Positions 7,732 through 17,465 are shown, counted from the first letter of the stretch. The stretch: 64,000 nucleotides of DNA from an uncultured Candidatus Saccharibacteria bacterium (GCA_964444955.1 CAYUJB010000001.1:77368-141367), one strand, 5' to 3'. Notes: generated by a model not told the origin, from the sequence alone. A program made the numbers and translations.

Positions 7732-7762
7732 GAAAAAAGGCCGCACGATGACGTGCGGCCCC
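7732..7762 (-). terminator. rho-independent terminator for the lipoprotein gene
   Basis: Minus-strand hairpin ggccgcacg-tcat-cgtgcggcc followed by tttttt. Confidence 0.7.
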
Positions 7763-7780
7763 TGAGGGTCTGCAGCTCTC

Positions 7781-8278
7781 TTAGGAGTCCGGGGTGAACC
7801 ACACCTCGACGAATCCACTGGTGGTGCCGGTGATGCCCCGGGTCCAGACAAATGGCGCGGAAACACCAGCTGGAAAACGAACGTTTGCAATTTCTTTTGG
7901 ATGCGCATCGCTTATGTTTTTGGCGAGCATCCCGGGGCAGTTGAAGTCTCGGAAGCAGGTCTGGAGATCGGTTTGATTCTGCACAACCAGAAGATATACC
8001 TGTCCCGCGGGTGGCTCAGGAGTCCAGCGTGCCTTGAATGTATAGGTACCGTTGGTTCCAGCGGGGAAGTTGATAAAGAAGCCGATGATATCAGGCCTCG
8101 TGCTGAAGGCAACTGACAGAATTTGACGCGCCACTGGCGTCGGGACTGGGGTCGCGGTCGGGGTGGGGGACGGACCGACGCCACCTCCGCCACCGCAGTT
8201 GGCCAGGATGCCGATCACCGAGATGACCAGCAAAACGAGGACGAGCCTCGTCGGAAACGACTTTTTCTCTTGGGTCAT
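7781..8278 (-). CDS. putative lipoprotein (hypothetical)
   Basis: Lipobox-like ILANCGGGGG after a TM-like signal, then a PTPTATPVPTP linker. Confidence 0.55.
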   Translation of the reverse strand: MTQEKKSFPTRLVLVLLVISVIGILANCGGGGGVGPSPTPTATPVPTPVARQILSVAFSTRPDIIGFFINFPAGTNGTYTFKARWTPEPPAGQVYLLVVQNQTDLQTCFRDFNCPGMLAKNISDAHPKEIANVRFPAGVSAPFVWTRGITGTTSGFVEVWFTPDS

Positions 8279-8359
8279 GATGACCTCCTTGTATACTAGG
8301 TTTTCAACGAACCTCAGTCTTTTAATTATAGCACCAAAGCTATAATAAGTCAATATGTG

Positions 8360-8875
8360 CTACTGCGGGAGGATTTGGATCTTGGTGGGGGTCACGGACA
8401 CGAGGGTTTTACTGGGGATTTGCACGGCAACCGTGGCGCCTACCTTTATATCAGTGATACGGGCGGGAGTTTCTTTGTAGTATGGCTTGCCGTTGGCAAA
8501 GTCTTTGGTGACCGTGTAGACGTCGGTGGTTGCTAGGAGGGGAAAGGAGATGACCTTGTAGTCGGCGCCAGCCATGTAGCGAATGGTGAGCTTGGATGAT
8601 GTGATTGCCATGACCGTTCCCGATTGAGAAAATACCGCAGGGACTTCGGTGGGAGGAGTCTTGGAGGGGTCGGACAAAACAGGATAATTGCGCGACGGGA
8701 AGATGATGCCCTGCTGGTAAAGGCCAAAGGCGATGCCCAAGAGTGCGACCAGGGTGAGCGTGATGATCGCCGTTGTTTTGCTCACCTCTGCAGGCGCAGG
8801 TTGCACGGGGGACGCGGGTGGGCGTGTCTCACCGATCGGCTGAAATTGCGGGGGGAGCGGTTGCGGTGTTTCCAT
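8360..8875 (-). CDS. Pro-rich membrane-anchored hypothetical protein
   Basis: Pro-rich N-terminus, one TM (TTAIITLTLVALLGIAFGLY), and a beta-rich C-terminus. Confidence 0.5.
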   Translation of the reverse strand: METPQPLPPQFQPIGETRPPASPVQPAPAEVSKTTAIITLTLVALLGIAFGLYQQGIIFPSRNYPVLSDPSKTPPTEVPAVFSQSGTVMAITSSKLTIRYMAGADYKVISFPLLATTDVYTVTKDFANGKPYYKETPARITDIKVGATVAVQIPSKTLVSVTPTKIQILPQ

Positions 8876-8879
8876 GTCA

Positions 8880-9344
8880 CTAGTATAGCACTTGCGTGAG
8901 CGCAGCCTCAAGCTTGGCTGGTTCGTCGGTGCCTATACGATAGATCCTTCCGTTGCGCATGGTGAGCTCTACGGCGTCAAAACCCGAAATAGAGTAGATC
9001 CACATATACGGCCAGAACCATACTTTCACGCCCCATCCGTAGTACCACCGATTTTTAACTGTCCGCACTGAAGTGATTTCTGCGCGCGTGAATGATTTGG
9101 AAAATATGCCGTAGCCAAACTTGATGCGGAGGTTTTGTTCGTCTACGGTTATGGTTAGCGTGGTAAACGACGCGAGAATAAGTACGATGAGCACCATCAC
9201 GGATGTGACCAAGAGATTGGGTCCGGAATCTATCGAGACTTGCTCAGCCAATGCCGAAGCATACACCCATACGAAGAGTGCTATCACAGCAAGCGTGACG
9301 ACGATCATGAGGTAGCCGATTTGCTTGTGTTTGTAGTATTGCAT
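8880..9344 (-). CDS. membrane protein with bacterial PH (DUF304-like) domain
   Basis: Two N-terminal TM helices followed by a PH-like segment ...ITVDEQNLRIKFGYGIFSKSFTRAEI.... Confidence 0.5.
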   Translation of the reverse strand: MQYYKHKQIGYLMIVVTLAVIALFVWVYASALAEQVSIDSGPNLLVTSVMVLIVLILASFTTLTITVDEQNLRIKFGYGIFSKSFTRAEITSVRTVKNRWYYGWGVKVWFWPYMWIYSISGFDAVELTMRNGRIYRIGTDEPAKLEAALTQVLY

Positions 9345-9423
9345 GGGTGCGAGCTAACAATTTCAAGATAAATCAAAACTAAAAAACCCGCCAGAGCTCC
9401 GAAAGGAGATAGCGGGTGGGGGT

Positions 9424-10206
9424 CTAGTTGAAGGACACGAGGGGATTGCGAGTGAAGTACTCTTCCCGTCCGTTAACTCCCGACGAAACGATTCTCAAAA
9501 ATTGCCGGTTGAAGTCTCGCTGCATCGGCAGGCTCTCGTGCGGAGTCAAAATGCCGATCTCGTGGACTTCACCAGCTTTCAAGAAGATTGCGTCGCGGTA
9601 CGGATAATCCGCTGCAGCGTGTCCGATGTCGCCGTCAAGCGAAGTGTCTTCATGTTCGGCATCCCACACGGCGCAGCTGTTGTCGAGGTTGTTAGCGAGC
9701 AAGATCCTGACGCCACGATCGAGGGTGACACGGTGTTGCGGTTTTTGCTTCGGCTTCGGGCCCGGTTTTGGGTCTGGTTGCGGATGTGGTTGTGGACCTG
9801 GTTTGCCCCAACCACCTCCAGATCCCCAGCAGTAGATTTGACCCGGGATTCTTCCTACTTCTGTGTGCAGAGCGCGATCGTATTGTGCGCGCTGCCCGCG
9901 ATGGGGAATCCCCGCGATGGCAAGAGACTCGTCGATTGTTAAGAAGCCGATATCACCTTTTTCCAGAAATACCGAATCGATGATATCCCTGTAAGATGAG
10001 TAGATTTCAGGGACCGATGACGAATCGCCTTGGACGAAAGGCATCATCAGGCACCGAATCCCCGAGAACTGGGGGAATGCTATTGTCTGACCCGAATTTG
10101 TATTCACTTTCTGCTCCTTTTTTAAGGTTCGATTTTTAGCTATGCACGCTGCAAGGATCGAGGTGTAGCTATAACATACTATGCAATAAAAATCAATGCT
10201 CGGCAA
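9424..10206 (-). CDS. hypothetical protein with internal duplication and Gly/Pro-rich linker
   Basis: Two related halves (IFLEKGDIGFLTIDESLAIAGIP versus IFLKAGEVHEIGILTPHESL) joined by GSGGGWGKPGPQPHPQPDPKPGPKPKQKP. Confidence 0.45.
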   Translation of the reverse strand: MPSIDFYCIVCYSYTSILAACIAKNRTLKKEQKVNTNSGQTIAFPQFSGIRCLMMPFVQGDSSSVPEIYSSYRDIIDSVFLEKGDIGFLTIDESLAIAGIPHRGQRAQYDRALHTEVGRIPGQIYCWGSGGGWGKPGPQPHPQPDPKPGPKPKQKPQHRVTLDRGVRILLANNLDNSCAVWDAEHEDTSLDGDIGHAAADYPYRDAIFLKAGEVHEIGILTPHESLPMQRDFNRQFLRIVSSGVNGREEYFTRNPLVSFN

Positions 10207-10276
10207 ATTATTCGATGAGCGGAAATGTATGACGCTCTGCGTTGAAAAAGGTCTAAATCGTGCTAGAATGGTCTCC

Positions 10277-10366
10277 TGGAGACGTGTCAGAGTGGTCTAT
10301 TGTACCTCTTTGCTAAAGAGGCAGGGGGTAATTCCCCTCGGAGGTTCGAATCCTCCCGTCTCCGCC
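10277..10366 (+). tRNA. tRNA-Ser(GCU), type II, CCA encoded
   Basis: Acceptor ggagacg/cgtctcc, anticodon loop ttGCTaa, long variable arm, T-arm ggagg-ttcgaat-cctcc, 3' gcca. Confidence 0.85.
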
Positions 10367-10565
10367 ATAATACCCCGAACTAGCATTTGCTAGTTCGGGG
10401 TATTACTATGGTGTGAAAACGGAGGATTCGAAGCCCGGAGCGATGTGACGACAGCAGGAGTCACCGCGAGGGCGGGAGCCCAGAACCGAGATGCCGCGAC
10501 TGGCGGCGTCGAGAGTGGCGGGTGAATCCCTGCCTGTCGGCAGACAGGCTCCCGTCTCCGCCATA
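10367..10565 (+). other. tRNA-3'-flanking module C: hairpin, conserved-core element, and 17-nt direct repeat of the tRNA 3' end
   Basis: ctcccgtctccgccata occurs at 10350-10366 (the tRNA 3' end) and again at 10549-10565. A perfect 16-bp hairpin lies at 10370-10401. The element begins cggaggattcgaagcccggagcgatg, an inverted T-arm followed by a conserved block. Confidence 0.7.
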
Positions 10566-10616
10566 GTTCGTGGATTGTCGCTTGTCGCTTTACGCTATAC
10601 GCTTACCCCTTTCGGC

Positions 10617-11288
10617 TTACCCATGCGCTAGCACGATTGCGCTGACGGTGCGTGCGCCAGATGCTTTGAGGGCGCGGGCGCAGTCGTCGAGGGTGGCACC
10701 GGTGGTGGACACATCATCGATGAGCACGATGTCGCGGCCCGTGACTGTGGCGGTGTCGATCACTGCAAACGCGCCTTTCATATTCTCTCTACGTGCGCCG
10801 CGATCCGCTTGTTTGACCTGTTGGTCGGTGGCGCGTGTTCGCGCAAGTGACGTGGCGTCCATCGGCATTGCCGCCACCGAGGCGATACGCCGCGCTAATA
10901 GATCGGCTTGGTTATAGCTGCGCTGCCGAAGGCGCGTTGGGTGCAGGGGCACGGGAATGATGAGTGGATTGGTGCCAAACAGAGCACGCGTGGTCTGGCG
11001 CAGCGCGAGCACATCGCACATACGGTCTGCCAGGGGAGTGGCGAGATCCTGGAGACCGCGATACTTGAGCGCGTAGACGAATGCTTCGGTTGTTTCCGAA
11101 AGCGCGCTGCAGGCCACGAAGCGATCGAGGTGTTCGAATACGGGAGGTCGTCGCCACGCAGGCGCGATCTGCGCGAGGCATGCCGGGCAGGCAAATCCCG
11201 AACCCTGACGACACGCCACACATCGTGCGGGCCAGAGGAGTTCGACAATAGATTTGATGAGGAGGCGAAGAGTGTCCACAGAAACCAC
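10617..11288 (-). CDS. comFC: ComF family phosphoribosyltransferase (competence protein ComFC)
   Basis: Cys4 zinc finger CVACRQ...CPAC, then the PRTase motif VLIDDVSTTGATL. Confidence 0.85.
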   Translation of the reverse strand: MVSVDTLRLLIKSIVELLWPARCVACRQGSGFACPACLAQIAPAWRRPPVFEHLDRFVACSALSETTEAFVYALKYRGLQDLATPLADRMCDVLALRQTTRALFGTNPLIIPVPLHPTRLRQRSYNQADLLARRIASVAAMPMDATSLARTRATDQQVKQADRGARRENMKGAFAVIDTATVTGRDIVLIDDVSTTGATLDDCARALKASGARTVSAIVLAHG

Positions 11289-11324
11289 GCATGAATGCGT
11301 GTGCGTGGTATACTTTATTTACGC

Positions 11325-12437
11325 ATGGCATTCAACCTGTTCAACTTTCTTGGCGTCTTTAAGCCCAAGAGTCGGTTGGGGATCGATATTGGTACTTCGG
11401 CTATCAAGATTGTCGAGCTCAGCCAGGATAAGGGTCGCTGGAAGCTCGAAAATTATGGCATCTACGAGCTCCATTCTGATGGGGGTGTTGCCGATACCGC
11501 AAAATCCATCATGGATCTGTCGGACGCCGAGATTGCTGCGGCGATTGGGCAAATCCTCACCACCGCTGGCATGAAAAGCCGCCAGGCAGTAGCGTCGGTT
11601 TCGTCATTTTCCACCTTTGCTACCGTCATCGAAATGCCCTACACCACCGAGGAGGAGTTGGCGAAGACGATTCCGTTTGAAGCGCGTAAATATATTCCGG
11701 TACCTATCGATCAGGTGGTGCTCGACTGGTCCATTATTGGCGTGGTGGGAGACGATGGACCGGTCAGTCTCCCGCAGGCGCCTGCTGCGCAGGGGACGAA
11801 TGTGATGGTGGAGGTGTTTTTGGCAGCAGTACCCAAAGACGAAACCGCTCGCTACCAGCGCATCATGAAAGCCGCAGGGATCGATCTGGTCGCACTCGAG
11901 CTCGAGAACTCGAGTCTCGTGCGCGCATTGTTGGGCAATGATCTTTCGTTGACAGCCATCGTGAACATCGGGGGGCGCAGCTCGACCATTGTGGTGGTGA
12001 GCAAAGGATACGAGCGCTTAGGGCATAACTACGAGATTGGTGGGTATGAAATGACCAAGGCCATCGCTACAGCGCTCTCGATTAGCGAAGACCAAGCAGA
12101 GGCGCTCAAGAGAAAGTACGGCCTCATCGACAATCCTGACAATAAGATCCGAGGCGCGATGATGCCGCTGGTGGATATGATGGTATTTGAGACCAAAAAA
12201 ACCATCGAGTCATTCGAGCAATCCAAAGGCCAGCACATCAGCCGCATCGTGCTCATCGGGGGGCTGGCCAATACGCCAGGGTTGGCACAGTACGTGAAGG
12301 ATCGTATCGGACGCGATGTGTTTATCGGCAATGTGTTCGCGCGGCTCATGTATCCCGAGGAGCTCGGGCCGCTCACACAATCACTCAGCAGCACTATCTC
12401 CGTTGCCGTGGGCGCTGCGATGCGTGAGTCGAGTTGA
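11325..12437 (+). CDS. pilM: type IV pilus assembly protein PilM (actin-like ATPase)
   Basis: GIDIGTSAIKIVEL motif. Start taken at MAFNLF. Confidence 0.85.
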   Translation: MAFNLFNFLGVFKPKSRLGIDIGTSAIKIVELSQDKGRWKLENYGIYELHSDGGVADTAKSIMDLSDAEIAAAIGQILTTAGMKSRQAVASVSSFSTFATVIEMPYTTEEELAKTIPFEARKYIPVPIDQVVLDWSIIGVVGDDGPVSLPQAPAAQGTNVMVEVFLAAVPKDETARYQRIMKAAGIDLVALELENSSLVRALLGNDLSLTAIVNIGGRSSTIVVVSKGYERLGHNYEIGGYEMTKAIATALSISEDQAEALKRKYGLIDNPDNKIRGAMMPLVDMMVFETKKTIESFEQSKGQHISRIVLIGGLANTPGLAQYVKDRIGRDVFIGNVFARLMYPEELGPLTQSLSSTISVAVGAAMRESS

Positions 12438-12463
12438 CCATGGTATACTTTTAATACTGCACC

Positions 12464-13060
12464 ATGCCATATAAAGGGGGGGTACAACTGTTGCCAGAGT
12501 CCGAGCGCCGTCCGACGCTGCGTTCGTATACGAGTGGCAACACCTATTTTTACACCGCGATTGTCATCGGTATTTTTATCCTCGTCGCTTCTGCTACCTT
12601 GGCCACCTATAAGAAGAGTCTCAACGATCAAATCGATCAAGTGCGCGCCGAAATCGTTGCCGGAGATGCAGCACGCAATCTGACCGAAGAGAAGGCGCTT
12701 ATCACCGCATCGAAGCAGTCGCGTACCATGAAGCAGCTGTTGGAGCACAAGCTTTACTGGTCGCAAGCGTTTCAACGGCTTGAGCAAATGACGCAGTCAT
12801 CGGTGAAATTTGTGAATTTCAATGCCAAAGTACAAAAGGGTAGTATTGAATTTAAGGCCGCCGCTGATAGCTATGCCACTGTCGCCAAGCAGTTGGCTGC
12901 ATTTGCAGCGGGCGCGGGTGTGAAAGATTTTACGATTGGGAAAATTGAAACGACGTCCAAGGATACCGTTGAATTTACAGGGGAGATTTTCATTGATACC
13001 AAGGCGATGCTCCTGCGCATAACGCCATCACCGTCGCCGCGACCCATACCAACACCATGA
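12464..13060 (+). CDS. pilN: type IV pilus assembly protein PilN-like
   Basis: Single N-terminal TM then a coiled coil; position after pilM. Confidence 0.65.
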   Translation: MPYKGGVQLLPESERRPTLRSYTSGNTYFYTAIVIGIFILVASATLATYKKSLNDQIDQVRAEIVAGDAARNLTEEKALITASKQSRTMKQLLEHKLYWSQAFQRLEQMTQSSVKFVNFNAKVQKGSIEFKAAADSYATVAKQLAAFAAGAGVKDFTIGKIETTSKDTVEFTGEIFIDTKAMLLRITPSPSPRPIPTP

Positions 13061-13593
13061 ACGCAAAGAATATTTTTGGAGCATTCTCAATAGCCATCGC
13101 CCTGTTCTTCCTTTGGCCGGCGGTGTTCTCATCGTGGTCCGAAGTGCGCGCGCTCAAGGAATCGCTGGCCGCGCATCAGGATGCGCTTAAGGAGCGCACC
13201 GACATACTCGACAAGGCAAGCTCCGAATTCATCAAGTATCAGGCAGTGCTCCAAGGTGCCAACGGCAAAAAATATTTTGAGTTAGTACCTGCCAAGAAAA
13301 ACACCGCCGAGCTTCTCTCTGCTACGCAGTCGATTGCCGCCAACGCGGGGATACAAGTCACAACCATTCAATTCGGAGAAACTCCTTCGACGAATAAAAA
13401 AACAGTGGAATCCTATGAGACGATGACGATGACCCTCGAGGGCACAGGTTCGTATTCGGCGCTGCGGTCGTTTCTGGATAACCTGGAGTCCTACGTGCGC
13501 ATCCTCGATGTGCAATCCATCGAGTTGGGGCAAGCGCGACAAGAGGGGACGTTGAATCTGAAGGTTCAAGCAAGCGCATATTTTAGTAAATAA
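13057..13593 (+). CDS. pilO: type IV pilus assembly protein PilO-like
   Basis: N-terminal TM, coiled coil, and start/stop overlap with pilN. Confidence 0.6.
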   Translation: MNAKNIFGAFSIAIALFFLWPAVFSSWSEVRALKESLAAHQDALKERTDILDKASSEFIKYQAVLQGANGKKYFELVPAKKNTAELLSATQSIAANAGIQVTTIQFGETPSTNKKTVESYETMTMTLEGTGSYSALRSFLDNLESYVRILDVQSIELGQARQEGTLNLKVQASAYFSK

Positions 13594-13594
13594 C

Positions 13595-13858
13595 ATGACG
13601 CAACTTCGCGAAAGCAAATTACTGGTCTACCTTATTATAGCGCTGGGTCTTGTGCTGGGTTTTTTGTATGGCAATAGCCTTGATCCAGCTGTGAATACTC
13701 CACAACTTGATGGGAAATATCTTCCCGTGACGCTCCAAGCTCTTCGTTCTGCGCGCATTGATGAGTCCCTCCTTTCCAGTGAGGTCTTTAAATCGTTGCG
13801 CATCTTTGGATCACTTCCAGTGGTACCCGCTACTGGTGGGACTACCAATCCGTTTTAA
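13595..13858 (+). CDS. small membrane protein in the pilus operon (PilP-like?)
   Basis: 87 aa, one TM, tightly packed between pilO and pilB. Confidence 0.4.
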   Translation: MTQLRESKLLVYLIIALGLVLGFLYGNSLDPAVNTPQLDGKYLPVTLQALRSARIDESLLSSEVFKSLRIFGSLPVVPATGGTTNPF

Positions 13859-13870
13859 ACGTCGTAACCA

Positions 13871-15655
13871 ATGCCTGGAAAAGTCCCTCAAACACTCATC
13901 AACGAACTCGTTCGTGCCGGGCGCCTGGCGCAAGCGGACGCCGACACGCTGGTCGCCACGGCAATCAAGGAGCAGAAAGACGTTGGGGCACTCCTCATCG
14001 AGTCGAAGATTATCTCAGATGCGGATCTCGCTAAATTCAAGAGCGAGCTCTATCGGATGCCACTCATCGATTTGGAGCGCGTGGAGCCGGACCCCAATGC
14101 GTTCAAAGAAATTAGCGAGGATGTTGCCGGCTTCTATCGTGTTGTACCGTTTTCGGTGGGGGATGGCATACTCAAGACTGGTATTTTGGATCCCGAAGAT
14201 ATCAATGCTCTGGAGGCGCTGAAATTTATTGCGTCCGACAAAGGGCTCAAGTTGGAGAAGTACGTCATCTCGTACAAAGATTTTTCTACGACGCTCAAGA
14301 AATTCAAATCGCTCTCCGGCGAAGTGGGCAAAGCGTTGCAGTCGATCGCCGAAGAGGCCAGCAAAGACGCGGCACCCGTGGATGCGGAGCTTGATCTGAA
14401 AAAAATCACCGCCGAGAGTCCTGTGACCAAAGTAGTTTCTGCGCTGTTAGCTTCAGGCATCGACGGGCGAGCTTCGGATATTCACCTCGAGCCGTTTGAT
14501 GAGTTTACACGAGCGCGCTTTCGCATTGATGGCGTCCTCCAGACGGTACTCAAAATTCCCAAGACACTCCAGTCGGCGGTGGTGACGCGTATCAAGATTC
14601 TCTCAAAGCTGAAGATTGATGAGACACGCGTCCCGCAGGATGGGAGGTTTAGTATTCTGCAGGGGACGACCAAGTACGATTTTCGTGTAAGCACGTTTCC
14701 TACCAAGTCAGGCGAGAAGGTGGTGATGCGTATTTTGGATCCGCTCTCCAATCGTATTGATTTGGCTGGGCTGGGTATCACCGGGCGGAGCAATGAACTT
14801 TTGCAAGAGGCGATCGGGCGACCCTACGGTATCATTCTCATCACGGGCCCCACGGGTTCTGGAAAATCTACGACCATCGCTGGCTTGCTCAAGCAAATGA
14901 ACACCGATGAAGTCAATATTGTGACCCTCGAAGATCCTATCGAGTATTTCATCGAGGGCGTTAACCAATCCCAAGCACATGAGGAGATCGGGTATACGTT
15001 TGCCAATGGATTACGATCCATCCTGCGTCAAGACCCCGACGTTATAATGGTGGGAGAGATTCGTGACCGCGAGACTGCTGGTCTGGCGGTGCAGGCGGCG
15101 TTGACGGGGCACATCGTGCTGTCCACGCTCCACACCAACGACGCGCTGGGTGTTATCCCGCGCTTAGTCGACATGGGTATCGAGCGGTACCTGTTGCCTC
15201 CGGTGCTCAGTCTCGCCGTGGCGCAACGCCTCTTGCGGCGTCTGTGCACGACCTGCAAGATCAAAGACACCGCTACAGCCATTGAGGCCAAGATCATTGA
15301 TGATGCGCTCGTTGGAATGCCTGCCGAGCTGGTTGCTCGCTACCAGAAGCCACAGTATGAACTGTATCGCCCCAACAAGAAGAGCGACTGTCGCGAGTGT
15401 GGCGGCAAGGCGTTCAAGGGTCGTATCGGAATTTATGAGATGCTTAAGATGACTGACGAACTTGAGAAGATTATTCTGGGAGATCTCTCAGAATCATCAC
15501 TCCGCACGGAGGCGACGCGACAGGGGATGGTGGCGATGTTTCAGGACGGCATTATGAAAGTGCTCGATGGCACATGCTCACTGCAGGAGCTTCTCGAGGT
15601 AGCGCAGGGCGCGCCCGAAGAAGAAGATAAAAATAACTTAAAAATTATAACTTAA
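13871..15655 (+). CDS. pilB: type IV pilus assembly ATPase PilB/GspE
   Basis: Walker A ITGPTGSGKSTT, Asp box, His box, and the tetracysteine CTTC...CREC. Confidence 0.95.
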   Translation: MPGKVPQTLINELVRAGRLAQADADTLVATAIKEQKDVGALLIESKIISDADLAKFKSELYRMPLIDLERVEPDPNAFKEISEDVAGFYRVVPFSVGDGILKTGILDPEDINALEALKFIASDKGLKLEKYVISYKDFSTTLKKFKSLSGEVGKALQSIAEEASKDAAPVDAELDLKKITAESPVTKVVSALLASGIDGRASDIHLEPFDEFTRARFRIDGVLQTVLKIPKTLQSAVVTRIKILSKLKIDETRVPQDGRFSILQGTTKYDFRVSTFPTKSGEKVVMRILDPLSNRIDLAGLGITGRSNELLQEAIGRPYGIILITGPTGSGKSTTIAGLLKQMNTDEVNIVTLEDPIEYFIEGVNQSQAHEEIGYTFANGLRSILRQDPDVIMVGEIRDRETAGLAVQAALTGHIVLSTLHTNDALGVIPRLVDMGIERYLLPPVLSLAVAQRLLRRLCTTCKIKDTATAIEAKIIDDALVGMPAELVARYQKPQYELYRPNKKSDCRECGGKAFKGRIGIYEMLKMTDELEKIILGDLSESSLRTEATRQGMVAMFQDGIMKVLDGTCSLQELLEVAQGAPEEEDKNNLKIIT

Positions 15656-15673
15656 AAATTATAACTTCCGGAG

Positions 15674-16885
15674 ATGCAATTTTCTTATCAAGGAAAATCG
15701 AGCGACGGGAAAATGGTCAGTGGCCTTATCGAGGCTGCCGATGAAAACAGCGCGGTTGCGGAGCTGCAGTCGCGGGGTGTGCTGGTGGCGGGACTTGAGT
15801 CTACGAAGAAGAGTGTTTTTTCAGCGGACATTTTGGCGCGCTTCAATAAGCCGAAGACGAAAGACGTAGTTATATTCACCCGACAGCTTTCGACACTGAT
15901 CGAAGCTGACATTCCACTCGCCGAGAGCATGCGTACGTTGGCACTCCAGACAGCAAATGAATCCTTCGCAAAGATAGTCACCGAAATCGGCGAAGATATC
16001 GAGGGTGGTATGCAGATGTCGGCAGCATTTGCCGCGCATCCCGAACTCTTTACCCAATTTTATATTAAGCTCGTTCGTTCGGGTGAGGCATCGGGGCATC
16101 TCCAGCAGTCGCTCATCTATCTCGCTGATTACTTGGAGCGCAATCAAGCCATTGGGAGCAAGGTGCGTAATGCGCTGGCATATCCCATCTTTGTGGTGGT
16201 CGCTATGATTGCGGTCGCGTTGGTGATGATGCTCTTTGTGCTGCCACAGCTGCTAGTTATTTTCAAAGAAGCCGGTAACATCCAGCTTCCCATCACCACA
16301 CGAGCGTTGATTTGGCTCACTGATTTTGTGAACAACTATTTTATTCTCGTGGCCATCTATGTCGTCGCCGTGAGCGTGGGGGCACTCCAGTGGCTGAAAA
16401 CTCCCGAGGGCCGGCTGTGGTGGGATCGCGCAAAAGTAAAGCTGCCGGGATTCGGTGTCATTCTCAAATCGGTGTACCTGGCACGCATTGCCGAGAATCT
16501 TTCCACGCTTATCAAGTCTGACATCGCCATTCTCGATGCGCTTCGTATCACCGCAGGCGTGGTAGATCATGACGAATATCGAGATATTCTTTTGCATGCT
16601 GAGGAAGAGGTTCGGGGTGGGGGAAACATTTCTGATGTGTTGCGGCAATACAAAGAGCAAATCCCCGCCATGATGGCGTCCATGATTGCGATTGGTGAGC
16701 GAACCGGGAAGATGGATTATATGCTCGAGCATGTGAGTAAATTCTATAGAACCGAGTCGGAGAACCGTCTCGATAGCATCACGTCGCTCATAGAGCCAGT
16801 ATTGGTTACTATTTTGGGCCTTGGCGTCGCCATCTTAGTTTCGAGTATTCTTCTTCCGATGTATTCACTGACCGGAGTGACGTGA
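15674..16885 (+). CDS. pilC: type IV pilus platform protein PilC/GspF
   Basis: 403 aa with duplicated GspF domains and 3 TM helices. Confidence 0.95.
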   Translation: MQFSYQGKSSDGKMVSGLIEAADENSAVAELQSRGVLVAGLESTKKSVFSADILARFNKPKTKDVVIFTRQLSTLIEADIPLAESMRTLALQTANESFAKIVTEIGEDIEGGMQMSAAFAAHPELFTQFYIKLVRSGEASGHLQQSLIYLADYLERNQAIGSKVRNALAYPIFVVVAMIAVALVMMLFVLPQLLVIFKEAGNIQLPITTRALIWLTDFVNNYFILVAIYVVAVSVGALQWLKTPEGRLWWDRAKVKLPGFGVILKSVYLARIAENLSTLIKSDIAILDALRITAGVVDHDEYRDILLHAEEEVRGGGNISDVLRQYKEQIPAMMASMIAIGERTGKMDYMLEHVSKFYRTESENRLDSITSLIEPVLVTILGLGVAILVSSILLPMYSLTGVT

Positions 16886-16901
16886 TGTTGATAACCGGCT
16901 A

Positions 16902-16929
16902 TTGTTTCAAATGCGTGCGGGTATATAGT
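16902..16929 (+). promoter_or_regulatory. candidate sigma70 promoter upstream of the pilin gene
   Basis: ttgttt-16-tatagt, about 30 nt upstream of the pilin ATG. Confidence 0.3.
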
Positions 16930-16955
16930 GAAGGGGTATCGCTAAAGAAACTCGA

Positions 16956-17447
16956 ATGGATTATCTAAAAGGAATCTGGGATCTGCGTCGGAAGGGGAGC
17001 CGTGGCTTCACCCTTGTTGAGCTCTTGGTAGTTATCGCTATCATCGGTGTATTGGCAACACTGGTGTTGCTCCAGCTCGGTACAGCCCGCGCCCGCGCCC
17101 GTGATACCAAGCGTATCGCCGATATCGCACAGTACCGTAGCGCAATTGAGCAATACTACGAAGATAATGCCGGTGCATATCCTGCAGCACTTTCAGATAC
17201 TGCTTCGTATTTCTCAAGTGGCGCTATTCCTACCGATCCGCTCAACAATGGCACCTATAATTATGTCTATTGCGTGAATGGCTTGAAGTATCAGGTGTCA
17301 GCAGAGCTCGAGCAGAAGGCTGCGGCGCTCAATGCGGACTCTGATCTTACGGATGCTCTCATTGGTGTTGCTGGTTGCCGCGACGGAAGCGTCGAGACAT
17401 GCGCAGTTGCAGGTGATGACTGCGTGTACGACCAAGGCACGCAATAA
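16956..17447 (+). CDS. pilA: type IV major pilin (prepilin, class III signal)
   Basis: GFTLVELLVVIAIIGVLA N-terminus with a Gly-Phe cleavage/methylation site. Confidence 0.85.
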   Translation: MDYLKGIWDLRRKGSRGFTLVELLVVIAIIGVLATLVLLQLGTARARARDTKRIADIAQYRSAIEQYYEDNAGAYPAALSDTASYFSSGAIPTDPLNNGTYNYVYCVNGLKYQVSAELEQKAAALNADSDLTDALIGVAGCRDGSVETCAVAGDDCVYDQGTQ

Positions 17448-17465
17448 TCCTCTTCGACTCTTTTC

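Noticed and set aside
10196-10393. 65-aa ORF on the plus strand
   Set aside because: Runs through tRNA-Ser(GCU) and its hairpin.
10404-10566. tmRNA- or RNase P-like RNA (a ggattcgaa motif plus a 3' end resembling a tRNA acceptor with CCA)
   Set aside because: No tRNA-like domain with a proper T-arm at the 3' end and no tag-peptide reading frame. The region is better explained as flanking module C of tRNA-Ser.
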